Of a stretch of DNA of 64,000 nt, positions 49,057 through 58,789 are shown in pieces. How positions within the stretch are numbered: position 1 is the stretch's first letter; each line of letters begins with the position of its first letter. The translations under genes were made by a program, and so were the position numbers. The DNA comes from Elsinoe ampelina (taxonomy: Eukaryota), in contig ML992511.1 in NCBI GenBank assembly GCA_010093995.1, forward strand, positions 701,516 through 765,515. Direction: 5' to 3'. Under the pieces are notes generated by a model, which saw only the letters and a program-made list of their open reading frames with translations, was not told where the DNA came from and did not search any database.

Positions 49057-50043
49057 CACTTTCACCTTTTGATGAGCTGCAGCCCGGATTGTCTACATCA
49101 TCGTTTCTGATCCGCGACACAGCACAGACGAGATGGGTGGTTTGACAAGCAGTGTTCGCGAGGATACAAGGCAAAGATCGGTGACCGGGATAGGAGCACA
49201 GAGCAAGCGGCATTTGACCTGCACCGCGAACAAGACTTGTAAAGCAGAAGAGAAGGAACATGGCGTTTTTGTGGCTGGACAATGAACAAGGGGCAGGCTC
49301 GGTCAGCAGCAAGCTAGATACCCTCAAGTGCATTTGTTGACGAATCTACGATCAAGGTTTCGTATTGTGGTCAGTCTCGGGAAATGGGGGGTTTCAGGTT
49401 AGCAGCAGCCGCATGGTAGAACAGACATGATGATCGTGGCCGCACAGTCTCGTAGAAATATGGTTGAATTGATCATCCCTCGTGATGCCAGACTTGTGGA
49501 AATGCAGACCCGAAAACCAGAAATGTACCATGCAAGTAAGTGGGCGGATATGCACGCGCAGAGGTTATTTCTGGACCCGACGAAGCGTTCTCCAGCCATC
49601 TGTCGCGTTTTCTTCCCTCGTCGATCGCGGGTCTTCCGGTCCGCAGTGTCAGTTCGCCAAGAGTCTTTAGCCCGGCGCTAATGCGGGTTTCCCTGCGGGT
49701 CTTGCAGCGTGAAAGGTCTGTGCGTCTGCTCGACCTACGCAATAATGCAAGACCGAAGAACTGGTCCACTCGATGAAGAATCCCTGCCCTACACCACGGG
49801 CACGTCCAGCGATGATCGCATCCCAGCCAGATTTGTGCTCGTTGTCCTTTGCACCTTTTGCTTCACCGACATCTGTCCTCTTACAACTTCAACTCGAGCA
49901 ATTGGTCGTCCAGACACAAATATCACCATCTTCGGAATCTCTCCGCGCTCACCACTGGCGGCCTCGGCAGCCAACCCAGCACTCGTGAACACAAGCTCCG
50001 ACTCGACCTTTATATGACAGAGAATTCACGGTTCTGGAGCAGA

Positions 50044-53000
50044 ATGCCCTGGCGGCCTCTACCCAACATTGTCCACGCCGTGTGCGTGCGACACTTTGAC
50101 GCAGCTGGTCCGGACGACTTGACACTACAGCTCGGCGACCAGGTATATATCACAGAAGTGAACGGACAGGAGAATCAATGGTGTCGAGGATGGCTTCTGG
50201 CGCATCCCTCGGTGGTCAGCGGCCTCAGTACCTCTGCAGACCAGAGCCTCAAGCAGCGCGCTTACGCCGGCATCTTTCCCCGAAAATGCGTACACATCCG
50301 CGAAGTCCTCTCATCGACACACGCTCCGGCGGATAGGAATGTAGTAGGCCCGAAAAAGGGCCACGTTCGGAATTGGTCAGCCCCGACAGCGGCGGTCACA
50401 AATGGAGTCACACACGATCGACCAGCAAGCGCGGGACAACAGATCGATAAGCCTTTACCTTCACCTCCCACGCGCTACGACTCGCCGCAAGCCGCACTGG
50501 TGCCCAAGGATGTCACTCCTCAGCGGCGCAACTACCCAAAAGAGCCAGCTCCACTACCTGCTTTGCGGATAGGAAACACAGGTCGGGGAGACGCTGAGCC
50601 GCTGGTGGAGGACATCTCCTCCAGCATAAGAGAGTGGCATTCGGCGCGACTCCACACCCTCGCACTCAAACACGAGTACAAGAAGCTGGAAGATCTCTCG
50701 ACCTTAGTAGACCGCTTGACAGACGCAAGGCGACAACTAGCGCACGGCTACCTGACCGAGAAAGAGCTAGGCAGACTGCGAGAACAGGTTGTCTGGGATC
50801 TGGTCAGGGGAAACAAAATGGTAGACGGGGAAGTCATTGTGCGGTCTGCGGCGCAAAAAGGTCGTACACTCACCGCCAATGATCCTCTTCCAGAAATGGC
50901 TGAGCTGCAAACTGTCATGAGCCTGCGGGACAAGCCTATCACCACCCCAGCAAAGGAGCCACATCTGGCGCATCTGCTTGTGGACGTCAAATCAGTGCCT
51001 CAGCATCTTGGAGACCCGGCGCTGCTTCACATGTACCTCTGCTCCGTCTCCAGCTCTGGCAAGCCTAAACCCGTCTCCGAAGCTTTTGCAGTAGAGCTTG
51101 CCATTGAGGAAGGCTCAGGCAGAGTCGAAATCGCAGATCAGTTCAACCGCACACTTTTCGCCGAGATGAATAAGGAGGACGTTGGTGCCGGTGACCAGTC
51201 CGACAACAGGCTCTACCTTATTTGTAGACTTATCCGCGACGAGCCAATGCACAGAGCACGAGTCGCCCAAACGAGCACTCCGAATTCGCCCAACCCTCAA
51301 CAGACCGACTTCGAAGACGGTCCTGACGGGCAGCGAAAGGGCAGGCGCAGCTTCGTAGGTCGCCGTAGTAGGCGGAACTCCGACGCCGATCGACCGCGAC
51401 CATCCACGAGCGGCTCTATCAGGTCAGCCATGCGCAGCTCATCTTTGACCAGGCAGAATAACCAACCACGGCAAAGTGAAAGCGGCACAGAACCACCGGG
51501 ATCAGGTCGGAAGACTAGACGAGTCGCGGGATGGTGCGCAGTCAGCGTCAGCTCGCTGCTTCGTGATCGTGGCTCAGAAAGAGTCTCATTGTCATTCTGG
51601 GCGCCAGCAACACCATTGGATCTGGGTGGCGGCGAGCCAGTCTCGGGCAAAGATGGTTGGAACGATATCCTCCGCCTCATGGTCCGTAGCCCGTCGGGCA
51701 AGTTCGCAAGAGGAAGCTCAATAGGCAACTTGGTCATCGATTTGATGGCCTTTGCGCACGACGATGTGAACACGCTCATGCAAGACAAGCCTGCACTGCT
51801 TAGAGACATTCACCTCACACCTGCTCTCAGCCTGAATGGGGCATCGAGACTGCCGAGAAGCGACATTTACTTGACTCTCAGAGGCCCTATCATTCCTTCG
51901 AGAGCCAAGACGTTCCACCCACAAAGTGGCAGCGTACCAATTAATTCCGACTCGGATCTCATGAACCTGCAGATCACTCTCGAAGTCCGCACGAATGACG
52001 GTCAGCGAATCGACGACGCCATACATCCTACTGCAAACCGAAGACCGCATACAGCTTTCCGCTCACCAGCTATCGAGCGTGGTGAGGCGTGGAATCAGAC
52101 TATCAAGCTGTCTCTGGCGCCCAAGGACGTACCAAATGCGCACGTGATTATGAGCATTGCCGACGGTGCAAACTTCCCCTTCGCACTCGCCTGGCTGCCT
52201 CTGTGGAACCGCACCAGTGGCTTTCCGCCAGACGGACAGCAAAACCTGGCACTCTGGGACTACTGTGAATACACTGCCAACTTGGTCGATGGTCGTGGCG
52301 CATATCAGTCTCTGCCCGCGAGGGTCGAGGAGATGAAGGAGCAAGCATCACCACAAATGGCTTGCATCGCTGTCGAGACCCATCTCAGCAGTACAAGCGC
52401 TACCCAGAACGCGGATGTCCTCGCTTTATCCAATCTCGAACGCACCGGCATCGAAGATCTGGCTGTGCTGCTCAACAGGTTCACCGGCATTCCCGACGAG
52501 GAAATCGCAAAGTTCTTTGGTCCAATCCTGGTATCATTGGATTATGTGCTTGAGCAGAGCTCGGACTTACAGAGCTCGGAGTCGGAGCAGATGGATTTGC
52601 AGACAAACAGAGAGATCACTGACGCTACTGTCAAGGCGCTTGCTCATGCTGCTCGACTGACGAGAGATCGGAGGTATCCGCATCTGGAGGGGTTGCTGAA
52701 TGAGTACACCGCTCGGCGGAAACCTTCAATTGAGGCAAGACTTAGTATTCTAAGATGCTTGCGCTCTCTTCTCGCCAAGCCATTCGATGCCCGCGGAGGC
52801 AGGGAGCTACGGTCTTGCCTGAAGGTCACGGATATACTGCTCAAGCTCGCCTTGCACCGCGACTCTGCTGCCCAAGACAAGCAGGAAGACCCCTTTGCCA
52901 AGGTTCAACGCGAGACGTCCGAGCTGTTTGAAGACATTGTCGTCCTTCTCAGCAATACCAACCAGATCGCTCTGCCTACCCAGGTCATCATCATCCAGAA

Positions 53001-56000
53001 CATTCACCTGTGGCTGGCCGAGACGTTACCTATGTGCTCGGAACAGGATACTCTCCGATTTGCGTCCTCTGCTGCAGATGCATGTGCAAGCAACAAGTCA
53101 CCGCTTTTCTTACATCGCCTGACGATGATCCACAACATATTTGCCAATGAGAAGTTTCAAACTTCTTCGTTACGAGATGCCGTCATCTCACTGACTGAGC
53201 GATGGTTGGATTGCGTCTGGCCCCAAGCCAACGAGGTGGACGAGACGACTCTGCAAGCACTCCGCTTGTGCTCAACGATAGTCAAAGAGCAGCAACCATT
53301 CATGAACAGTGCACAGTCTCAGCGATACGTTCGCCAACTATTCTCCTCTTTCTACCAGATCGAGCAGTCCGGCAACGGCTCCAACTTCGCCGCATCCAAG
53401 AAGAACAACGTCCGCTTCCGCCGCAAGAGCTTCTCCCCTCTCTTCCCCACCACCTACCCCTTCCGTGCCGTCTCAGCACAAGCCGAAGACGTCCCGACAG
53501 AAGTCCTCCTCGAAATCACCGCCGTCCTCGGCGCATTCTTCCAACCAGGCAGCGCCCTCAACACAGCAACCCCGCTCTCTCCCATCTCGGCCTCCCCAGT
53601 CCAGACAGACATCTCCGAAGTCCCCTTCGACGACACCGACCTCGCCAAATCCCTCTTCGTCCTCCGCTCCATCCAATCGAGCGGCGCCTTCCCGCCAGCC
53701 TGGCTCAGTGTCTCCGTCGCTTTCTCGCGGTGCACTGTCCCCATCCTCTCCTTCCTGTTGTCCCATCTCATCCGCTCCCTCCCCGACACAGCAGCTGATC
53801 CAGATGGAGACGCTATCCTTGACTTTGACGGCGCGCTGTGGCAGCATTGGTTCGACGCCCTCATCGCGCTCGTCACGAGCGAGGTGGTGGGGATGGAGAA
53901 CCATAGCGAGCAGAAGCGGAGAGCGGTGTGGACTGTGGGAGGGGATATCAGGGAATTGGCAGCTGGTCTGCTGAGGAAGGCGTGGGATGCGTTGGGGTGG
54001 GAGAACGATGAGGAGAATACCAAGCTCTATGGTGTTGAGAGGGTGGGTGGGTATCAGGTTCAGTTCACTTCGACGCTGATTCCGAGTGTGGTTATGCTTG
54101 GACTGTCGCTTCATGCTGGCTTGAGAGCTGTGGCTGTCGAGGTGCTGAGGAGCATGACTGTGGGAGAGTGGGAGCTGAGTGGGAATTTGGATGTGGTCAA
54201 GTCTGCGTTTGCGGATGCGCTGGATGTTGCGTTTAGGGATGACAAGTTTGAGCCGAATCAGGCGAAGATGTTGCTCGAGGTGCTGAGGACGGAGACGGCT
54301 TATCTCAAGGATACTGGGGCTGAGAGTCTGCATGCTGCTGTCATTGAAATGCTGGAGGAGATTCAGGGACTGATCAATATGCTGAGCGATGTGCACAACG
54401 CTGGATCCGACTACCCGAGTGCGCAGCTGGAGCAGAGGATTAGGGTGCTGGAGTACCTGAAGAACACGAGTAATGAGGACAGCTATCTCCGGCATATTCA
54501 CGACGTTGCCGAAGCGCAGGTCGAGAACAGGAACTATTCCTCGGCTGCACTCTCGATGCAGCTTCATGTCGACCTGTTGAAGAACAAGGGCGGTGGCCAC
54601 ACTGATCTTCAGTTGGCGAAGCCGTATCCGGAGCTGCAGCTGCCGAGCCAGACGATCTACCAGAGACGACAGATGATCTACGCTGCGATGGTCAAGTACT
54701 TCCGTCTGGGATGCTGTTGGAGTAAAGTTCTGGATACTCTGGAGCATCAGCGACAAGAGCTCGTGGCTGCGTACGACAGTGCGAATCTGGCTATCGTGCT
54801 CAGAGATCAGGCTGAGACGTATCACAAGCTCAGTACTGGCAAGGGGCTGTACATGCCTCGTTTCTTCAAGGTTACTTTCAGTACCGTTGGTTTCCCAAAC
54901 TCGGTCCTGGGCAAGAGCTTCATCTTCGAAGCTGCGCCGGATGACGATACTGGCCGCTTTGCTAGGAGGATGAAGCACTTTTATCCCATGGCTACGGTGG
55001 TGCATTCAGGTGTCACTTCTTCGAATGCACAAGTGGAAGTGCCAAAGATTCACATCATTTCGGTCAATGTCAATAGGGATCAGCTGAACCCGATCAACCA
55101 GCGTATCGGTGTCAGTCCGTTTTACAGGCTGTTCCACTTGTCCAGCAACCCAAGCACGTTCTCGAATTCAACCAGACAGCAGAAACCTGGTGTCGCTGTG
55201 GCGGAACAGACCGTTGCAAAGACATTGTACGTCACCAAGGAGAAGTTTCCGACACTGCTCGGCCGCTCTGAGATTGTCAAGGAAGAAGCGCTTGTATTGT
55301 CGCCCATCCAAGCCGCAATCGATCGCACACATCGCAAGACAATGGATATTGCTGAGGTACTAATGAATACCAACATGACGGATACCAGCGAGACGGACAA
55401 GCTTGTCCAGATCATCCGCTCTAGTGTCGACCCAGCCAGTCTCGATTCCGTCGCCGCCTACCACGAGCTTCTGCTCGACGACGTATCGACCTCCAATCGC
55501 ACATCCTCATCAACCCGCGCTCCTCCATCACCATCCCCTATGCCCAACGGCACCTCCCACCCAACCTCCGACCCCAACCTCCCCTCCCCAGATGAGGAGG
55601 AACCCCATCCCGTCCCAGGCAACCGCAACCCCACCCCGGCGTCCGCCCGCCAAGCCGCCCTGACGCTGACCCTCACCACCGCCCTTCAAGACCACGCTCT
55701 TCTGATCGAACAAGCCCTTGCGGCCGCCTTCGACTACCGCCTCACCATCAAATCCAAGCTACGAGATCACTTCGAATCCACCTTCGAACCTGAGCTCTTC
55801 GGCCTCTACCCCGACGGTTCCTGGCGCCAGAACTCGCTCGCATGGAAAGACACCCTTCCCCTACCGCTCAAGTCCGCGCACCCGGCCGTGCGCAGCTCGA
55901 TCTACAGCGACGTGAACTACAACATGTCCGGCGGTGCAGGGCCACAGATCACGAAACGCGAGTTCGGCATGGAGGGGATAGCAGAGGGCGCACTACCCAG

Positions 56001-56475
56001 CCGAGGGCCGAGTGTCAGAGACACCACTGCCGGTGCCAGGCCAGGGGCGGGAATGAACCGCCAGGTCAGCCTGGCCACCAACGCCCCCTCCGCCGTCAAC
56101 GGCACAGCAAGCAGCCGCAAGCCGAGCATGTCCTCTACCCCTTCCGCCGCGACCCCGTCCAATGCACCAGGTAGTCGCACAGGTAGCCGCGCCGGCCACC
56201 GAAGATGGGAAAGCAGCCCCGCAGCCGGTCCAGGTAGCTCCGGCCCACCGGGTAGTTCTGGCGGGATAGAGAGGGGCGACTACGTCGAGCGTCCGTTTGG
56301 GAACAGCGCGAGCGCGACGGGGCCGGTAGGGAGTGGGTATGCGAGCTCTGCGGTGGAGAGCGAGACGGAGACGGAGAGGGGCGGGAGTCGGATCGGGCAT
56401 AGACGGAAGGAAAGCAGGGCTGGTGGGAGGCGGTTGAGTTTTTTGAGTTTGAGGAGGGAGGAGGGGGGAAAGTAG
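50044..56475 (+). CDS. DCK1: DOCK-family Rho/Rac GEF (SH3, DOCK-N, C2/DHR-1, DHR-2), ~2143 aa, intronless
   Basis: Starts MPWRPLP followed by an SH3 (DLTLQLGDQVYI...WCRG...GIFP); C2-like RSDIYLTL...WNQTIKL; DHR-2 motifs (YLRHIHD, FFKVTF...FP, FPTLLGRSEI...LSPIQAAI). Confidence 0.9.
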   Translation: MPWRPLPNIVHAVCVRHFDAAGPDDLTLQLGDQVYITEVNGQENQWCRGWLLAHPSVVSGLSTSADQSLKQRAYAGIFPRKCVHIREVLSSTHAPADRNVVGPKKGHVRNWSAPTAAVTNGVTHDRPASAGQQIDKPLPSPPTRYDSPQAALVPKDVTPQRRNYPKEPAPLPALRIGNTGRGDAEPLVEDISSSIREWHSARLHTLALKHEYKKLEDLSTLVDRLTDARRQLAHGYLTEKELGRLREQVVWDLVRGNKMVDGEVIVRSAAQKGRTLTANDPLPEMAELQTVMSLRDKPITTPAKEPHLAHLLVDVKSVPQHLGDPALLHMYLCSVSSSGKPKPVSEAFAVELAIEEGSGRVEIADQFNRTLFAEMNKEDVGAGDQSDNRLYLICRLIRDEPMHRARVAQTSTPNSPNPQQTDFEDGPDGQRKGRRSFVGRRSRRNSDADRPRPSTSGSIRSAMRSSSLTRQNNQPRQSESGTEPPGSGRKTRRVAGWCAVSVSSLLRDRGSERVSLSFWAPATPLDLGGGEPVSGKDGWNDILRLMVRSPSGKFARGSSIGNLVIDLMAFAHDDVNTLMQDKPALLRDIHLTPALSLNGASRLPRSDIYLTLRGPIIPSRAKTFHPQSGSVPINSDSDLMNLQITLEVRTNDGQRIDDAIHPTANRRPHTAFRSPAIERGEAWNQTIKLSLAPKDVPNAHVIMSIADGANFPFALAWLPLWNRTSGFPPDGQQNLALWDYCEYTANLVDGRGAYQSLPARVEEMKEQASPQMACIAVETHLSSTSATQNADVLALSNLERTGIEDLAVLLNRFTGIPDEEIAKFFGPILVSLDYVLEQSSDLQSSESEQMDLQTNREITDATVKALAHAARLTRDRRYPHLEGLLNEYTARRKPSIEARLSILRCLRSLLAKPFDARGGRELRSCLKVTDILLKLALHRDSAAQDKQEDPFAKVQRETSELFEDIVVLLSNTNQIALPTQVIIIQNIHLWLAETLPMCSEQDTLRFASSAADACASNKSPLFLHRLTMIHNIFANEKFQTSSLRDAVISLTERWLDCVWPQANEVDETTLQALRLCSTIVKEQQPFMNSAQSQRYVRQLFSSFYQIEQSGNGSNFAASKKNNVRFRRKSFSPLFPTTYPFRAVSAQAEDVPTEVLLEITAVLGAFFQPGSALNTATPLSPISASPVQTDISEVPFDDTDLAKSLFVLRSIQSSGAFPPAWLSVSVAFSRCTVPILSFLLSHLIRSLPDTAADPDGDAILDFDGALWQHWFDALIALVTSEVVGMENHSEQKRRAVWTVGGDIRELAAGLLRKAWDALGWENDEENTKLYGVERVGGYQVQFTSTLIPSVVMLGLSLHAGLRAVAVEVLRSMTVGEWELSGNLDVVKSAFADALDVAFRDDKFEPNQAKMLLEVLRTETAYLKDTGAESLHAAVIEMLEEIQGLINMLSDVHNAGSDYPSAQLEQRIRVLEYLKNTSNEDSYLRHIHDVAEAQVENRNYSSAALSMQLHVDLLKNKGGGHTDLQLAKPYPELQLPSQTIYQRRQMIYAAMVKYFRLGCCWSKVLDTLEHQRQELVAAYDSANLAIVLRDQAETYHKLSTGKGLYMPRFFKVTFSTVGFPNSVLGKSFIFEAAPDDDTGRFARRMKHFYPMATVVHSGVTSSNAQVEVPKIHIISVNVNRDQLNPINQRIGVSPFYRLFHLSSNPSTFSNSTRQQKPGVAVAEQTVAKTLYVTKEKFPTLLGRSEIVKEEALVLSPIQAAIDRTHRKTMDIAEVLMNTNMTDTSETDKLVQIIRSSVDPASLDSVAAYHELLLDDVSTSNRTSSSTRAPPSPSPMPNGTSHPTSDPNLPSPDEEEPHPVPGNRNPTPASARQAALTLTLTTALQDHALLIEQALAAAFDYRLTIKSKLRDHFESTFEPELFGLYPDGSWRQNSLAWKDTLPLPLKSAHPAVRSSIYSDVNYNMSGGAGPQITKREFGMEGIAEGALPSRGPSVRDTTAGARPGAGMNRQVSLATNAPSAVNGTASSRKPSMSSTPSAATPSNAPGSRTGSRAGHRRWESSPAAGPGSSGPPGSSGGIERGDYVERPFGNSASATGPVGSGYASSAVESETETERGGSRIGHRRKESRAGGRRLSFLSLRREEGGK

Positions 56476-57041
56476 ATCACTTGGAGGAGGAAAGGCGCGG
56501 AGTTGTATGGGGGTTATTGGACACGAGGGAAGAGGTGAAGGGAATATAGGAAGGGCAGCTGGGGAGGATGAGATTGGTCTGGAGGTGGTAAGGAAAGAGA
56601 TGGTTGATTGCCAGTCATCGTAGGGGAGGAAACTTGGGTGTGAAGAAGATAGAGGAGGAAGGGGAGGCTTATACCACTTTGCGATCTCTTTCGTTGTTTG
56701 ACGCGGGGAAATAGAGGTCGTACATTATGCTCATGAAATTCGTGTTTACAGCAACTCTTCTGCGTATTCGGAATCAGTGCCCTTCGCTCTCACCTTTCTC
56801 ACTTTGGACGCACCCTCTACATATACACCTTTACCTAACACCTGCACTCTTAAATTCGCGGTCAAGCTTTACTGATCTTCACGTGACTGAGGCGCGACTC
56901 CGGTGAGCCAGATCTTGAACCTCGCAAGCCAGCATCAACCTCAGCTTGAATTTATTTGGCAGACCGAGCATCACCACCTAATCTCTCACAATCCCGTCGC
57001 TACCTCCCCTCTCCTCTCACCTCATCGACACTTGCCTCAAC

Positions 57042-58231
57042 ATGGACTACTCATACACGGCCGACACCAATGGCGACACCGACGACGGCGGCCCTCGCGT
57101 CACCATTCGCGAAATCGACACAACGACAATCACCTTCGTCCTCAGTAACACCTCACTCTCCCTTGCAAACTCTCTCCGACGCGTTATGCTCGCCGAAGTC
57201 CCCACAGTCGCCATAGATCTCGTCGAAGTCATCTCAAATACCTCCGTACTAGCAGACGAGTTCCTGGCGCACCGCTTAGGCTTGATCCCCCTCTCCGCAA
57301 AAGGCGTCGACCAGATGCTATACACCCGCGACTGCGAATGCGACAACCACTGTGAACAGTGCAGCGTCACTCTGCGACTTGATGCTGTTAACCGAAGCTC
57401 GGACGAGGTAGTCAAAGTCTACGCACGAGATCTGGTAGTCGAAGGCTCATACGGCACGCGCAACGGCTACGGCGACAGGCGGACAGGCGGTGTGCTAGGC
57501 GACGAAGGAGCAGAGCGCGGGGCACCTGTAATACTAGACCCCAATGGGCAAGGTCCCCTGATCTGCAAGCTGCGACGAGGACAAGAGCTCAAAGTCCGCT
57601 GCATAGCCAAGAAGGGCATTGCGAAAGAGCACGCAAAATGGATGCCCACCGCGGCATTAGGCTTCGAGTACGACCCGCACAACAAGCTCCGCCACGCAGA
57701 CCTATGGTACGAAAAGGACCCGGCAGAAGAATGGCCCGAGAGCAAGAACGCAGGATGGGAGTCCCCTCCCCAAGCAGGGGAACCTTTCGACTACGACGCC
57801 GAGCCCGTACGTCCCCGTTCCCCCCCTCTCCCTTCCCATCTTCGTCCCCTCTCCTAACCACCCTGCAGACAAAATTCTACATCAACCTCGAAGGCACCGG
57901 CGTCCTCCCACCCGACCAAATCCTGCACTCGGGCATCCGCGTCCTCCAACAAAAACTCGCCACCGTGATCCAGGAACTGCAGCACACTTCGTCGACCAAC
58001 CTCAACGACTCAAACGGGATGATGAACGGCGGGAATAGGAGCCCGGATCTGATGGACACGGGCAACGGGACGGCGTACGGTGGCGGCACGGCGTATGGTG
58101 ATGCCGGGTACACGACGCCGGGGTATGGGGCGGGGGCGGGGGCGGGGAGTGCGTGGGGGGGCCAGCAGGGGCAGGGAGGGGCGACGCCGTTTGGAGCGAC
58201 GCCTTATGGGAGGAGTGGGGGCAATTGGTGA
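57042..58231 (+). CDS. RPB3: RNA polymerase II subunit RPB3, ~375 aa; join(57042..57806,57869..58231)
   Basis: LANSLRRVMLAEVPT, NTSVLADEFLAHRLGLIPL, CxCxxxCxxC, KLRRGQEL, KKGIAKEHAKW; intron GTACGT...CTAAC...CAG. Confidence 0.97.
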
Positions 58232-58789
58232 GAGGCAGCCCATGGCCAGGGAGGAGATCAGACATATTGGTGAGGGATACCTCCGTTGTGGGTTGCGGCT
58301 ACGTAGCTAGAATGACTCGCTACGCACAGATGTGCAGCGCGCAGAGGCAAAGGATATGATATCCTCCAGCGCGAGAGAGACTCGCTCGGCGGAGAAGTGC
58401 AAGGCAGTTGTCGGCAGAGCTTGCTACACAAGCACAGAGACACACGATAGAGAAGTTCAGCGGCTCTAGCGGCATGGAAGCATGGCAGCGAGCATCGAAG
58501 GAAGCGAGGTATCGAGGATAAAGACGAAAGCACAGCTTTGACGAAATACTTCCACCAGGACCTAGGAGACCGAGAAAGCGCTCGCACCGCTCGACGAGAA
58601 TACCCCATATCACAACGACCAACTTTTCACCCCACCCGTCCTCCCACAATTTTCGCCCGTCAATCCGTCCCCTGCCTCCCTCCTGCTCCTGCTTCCCACC
58701 AACACACCTCACCCGCGCTTCGCCGCGAGTCCAACTCTCCTGCTGGGCGGGGGCCACCTCGCCCTCCCCTCGCCGATCGCACTCGCGTC

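Noticed and set aside
49849..50043. N-terminal extension of DOCK from the track's start
   Set aside because: Non-ATG start; fungal DOCK proteins typically begin at MPWxPLP (50044).
53473..55005. 510-aa antisense ORF inside DOCK
   Set aside because: Shadow frame produced by codon bias and skew of the sense gene; no recognisable domain.
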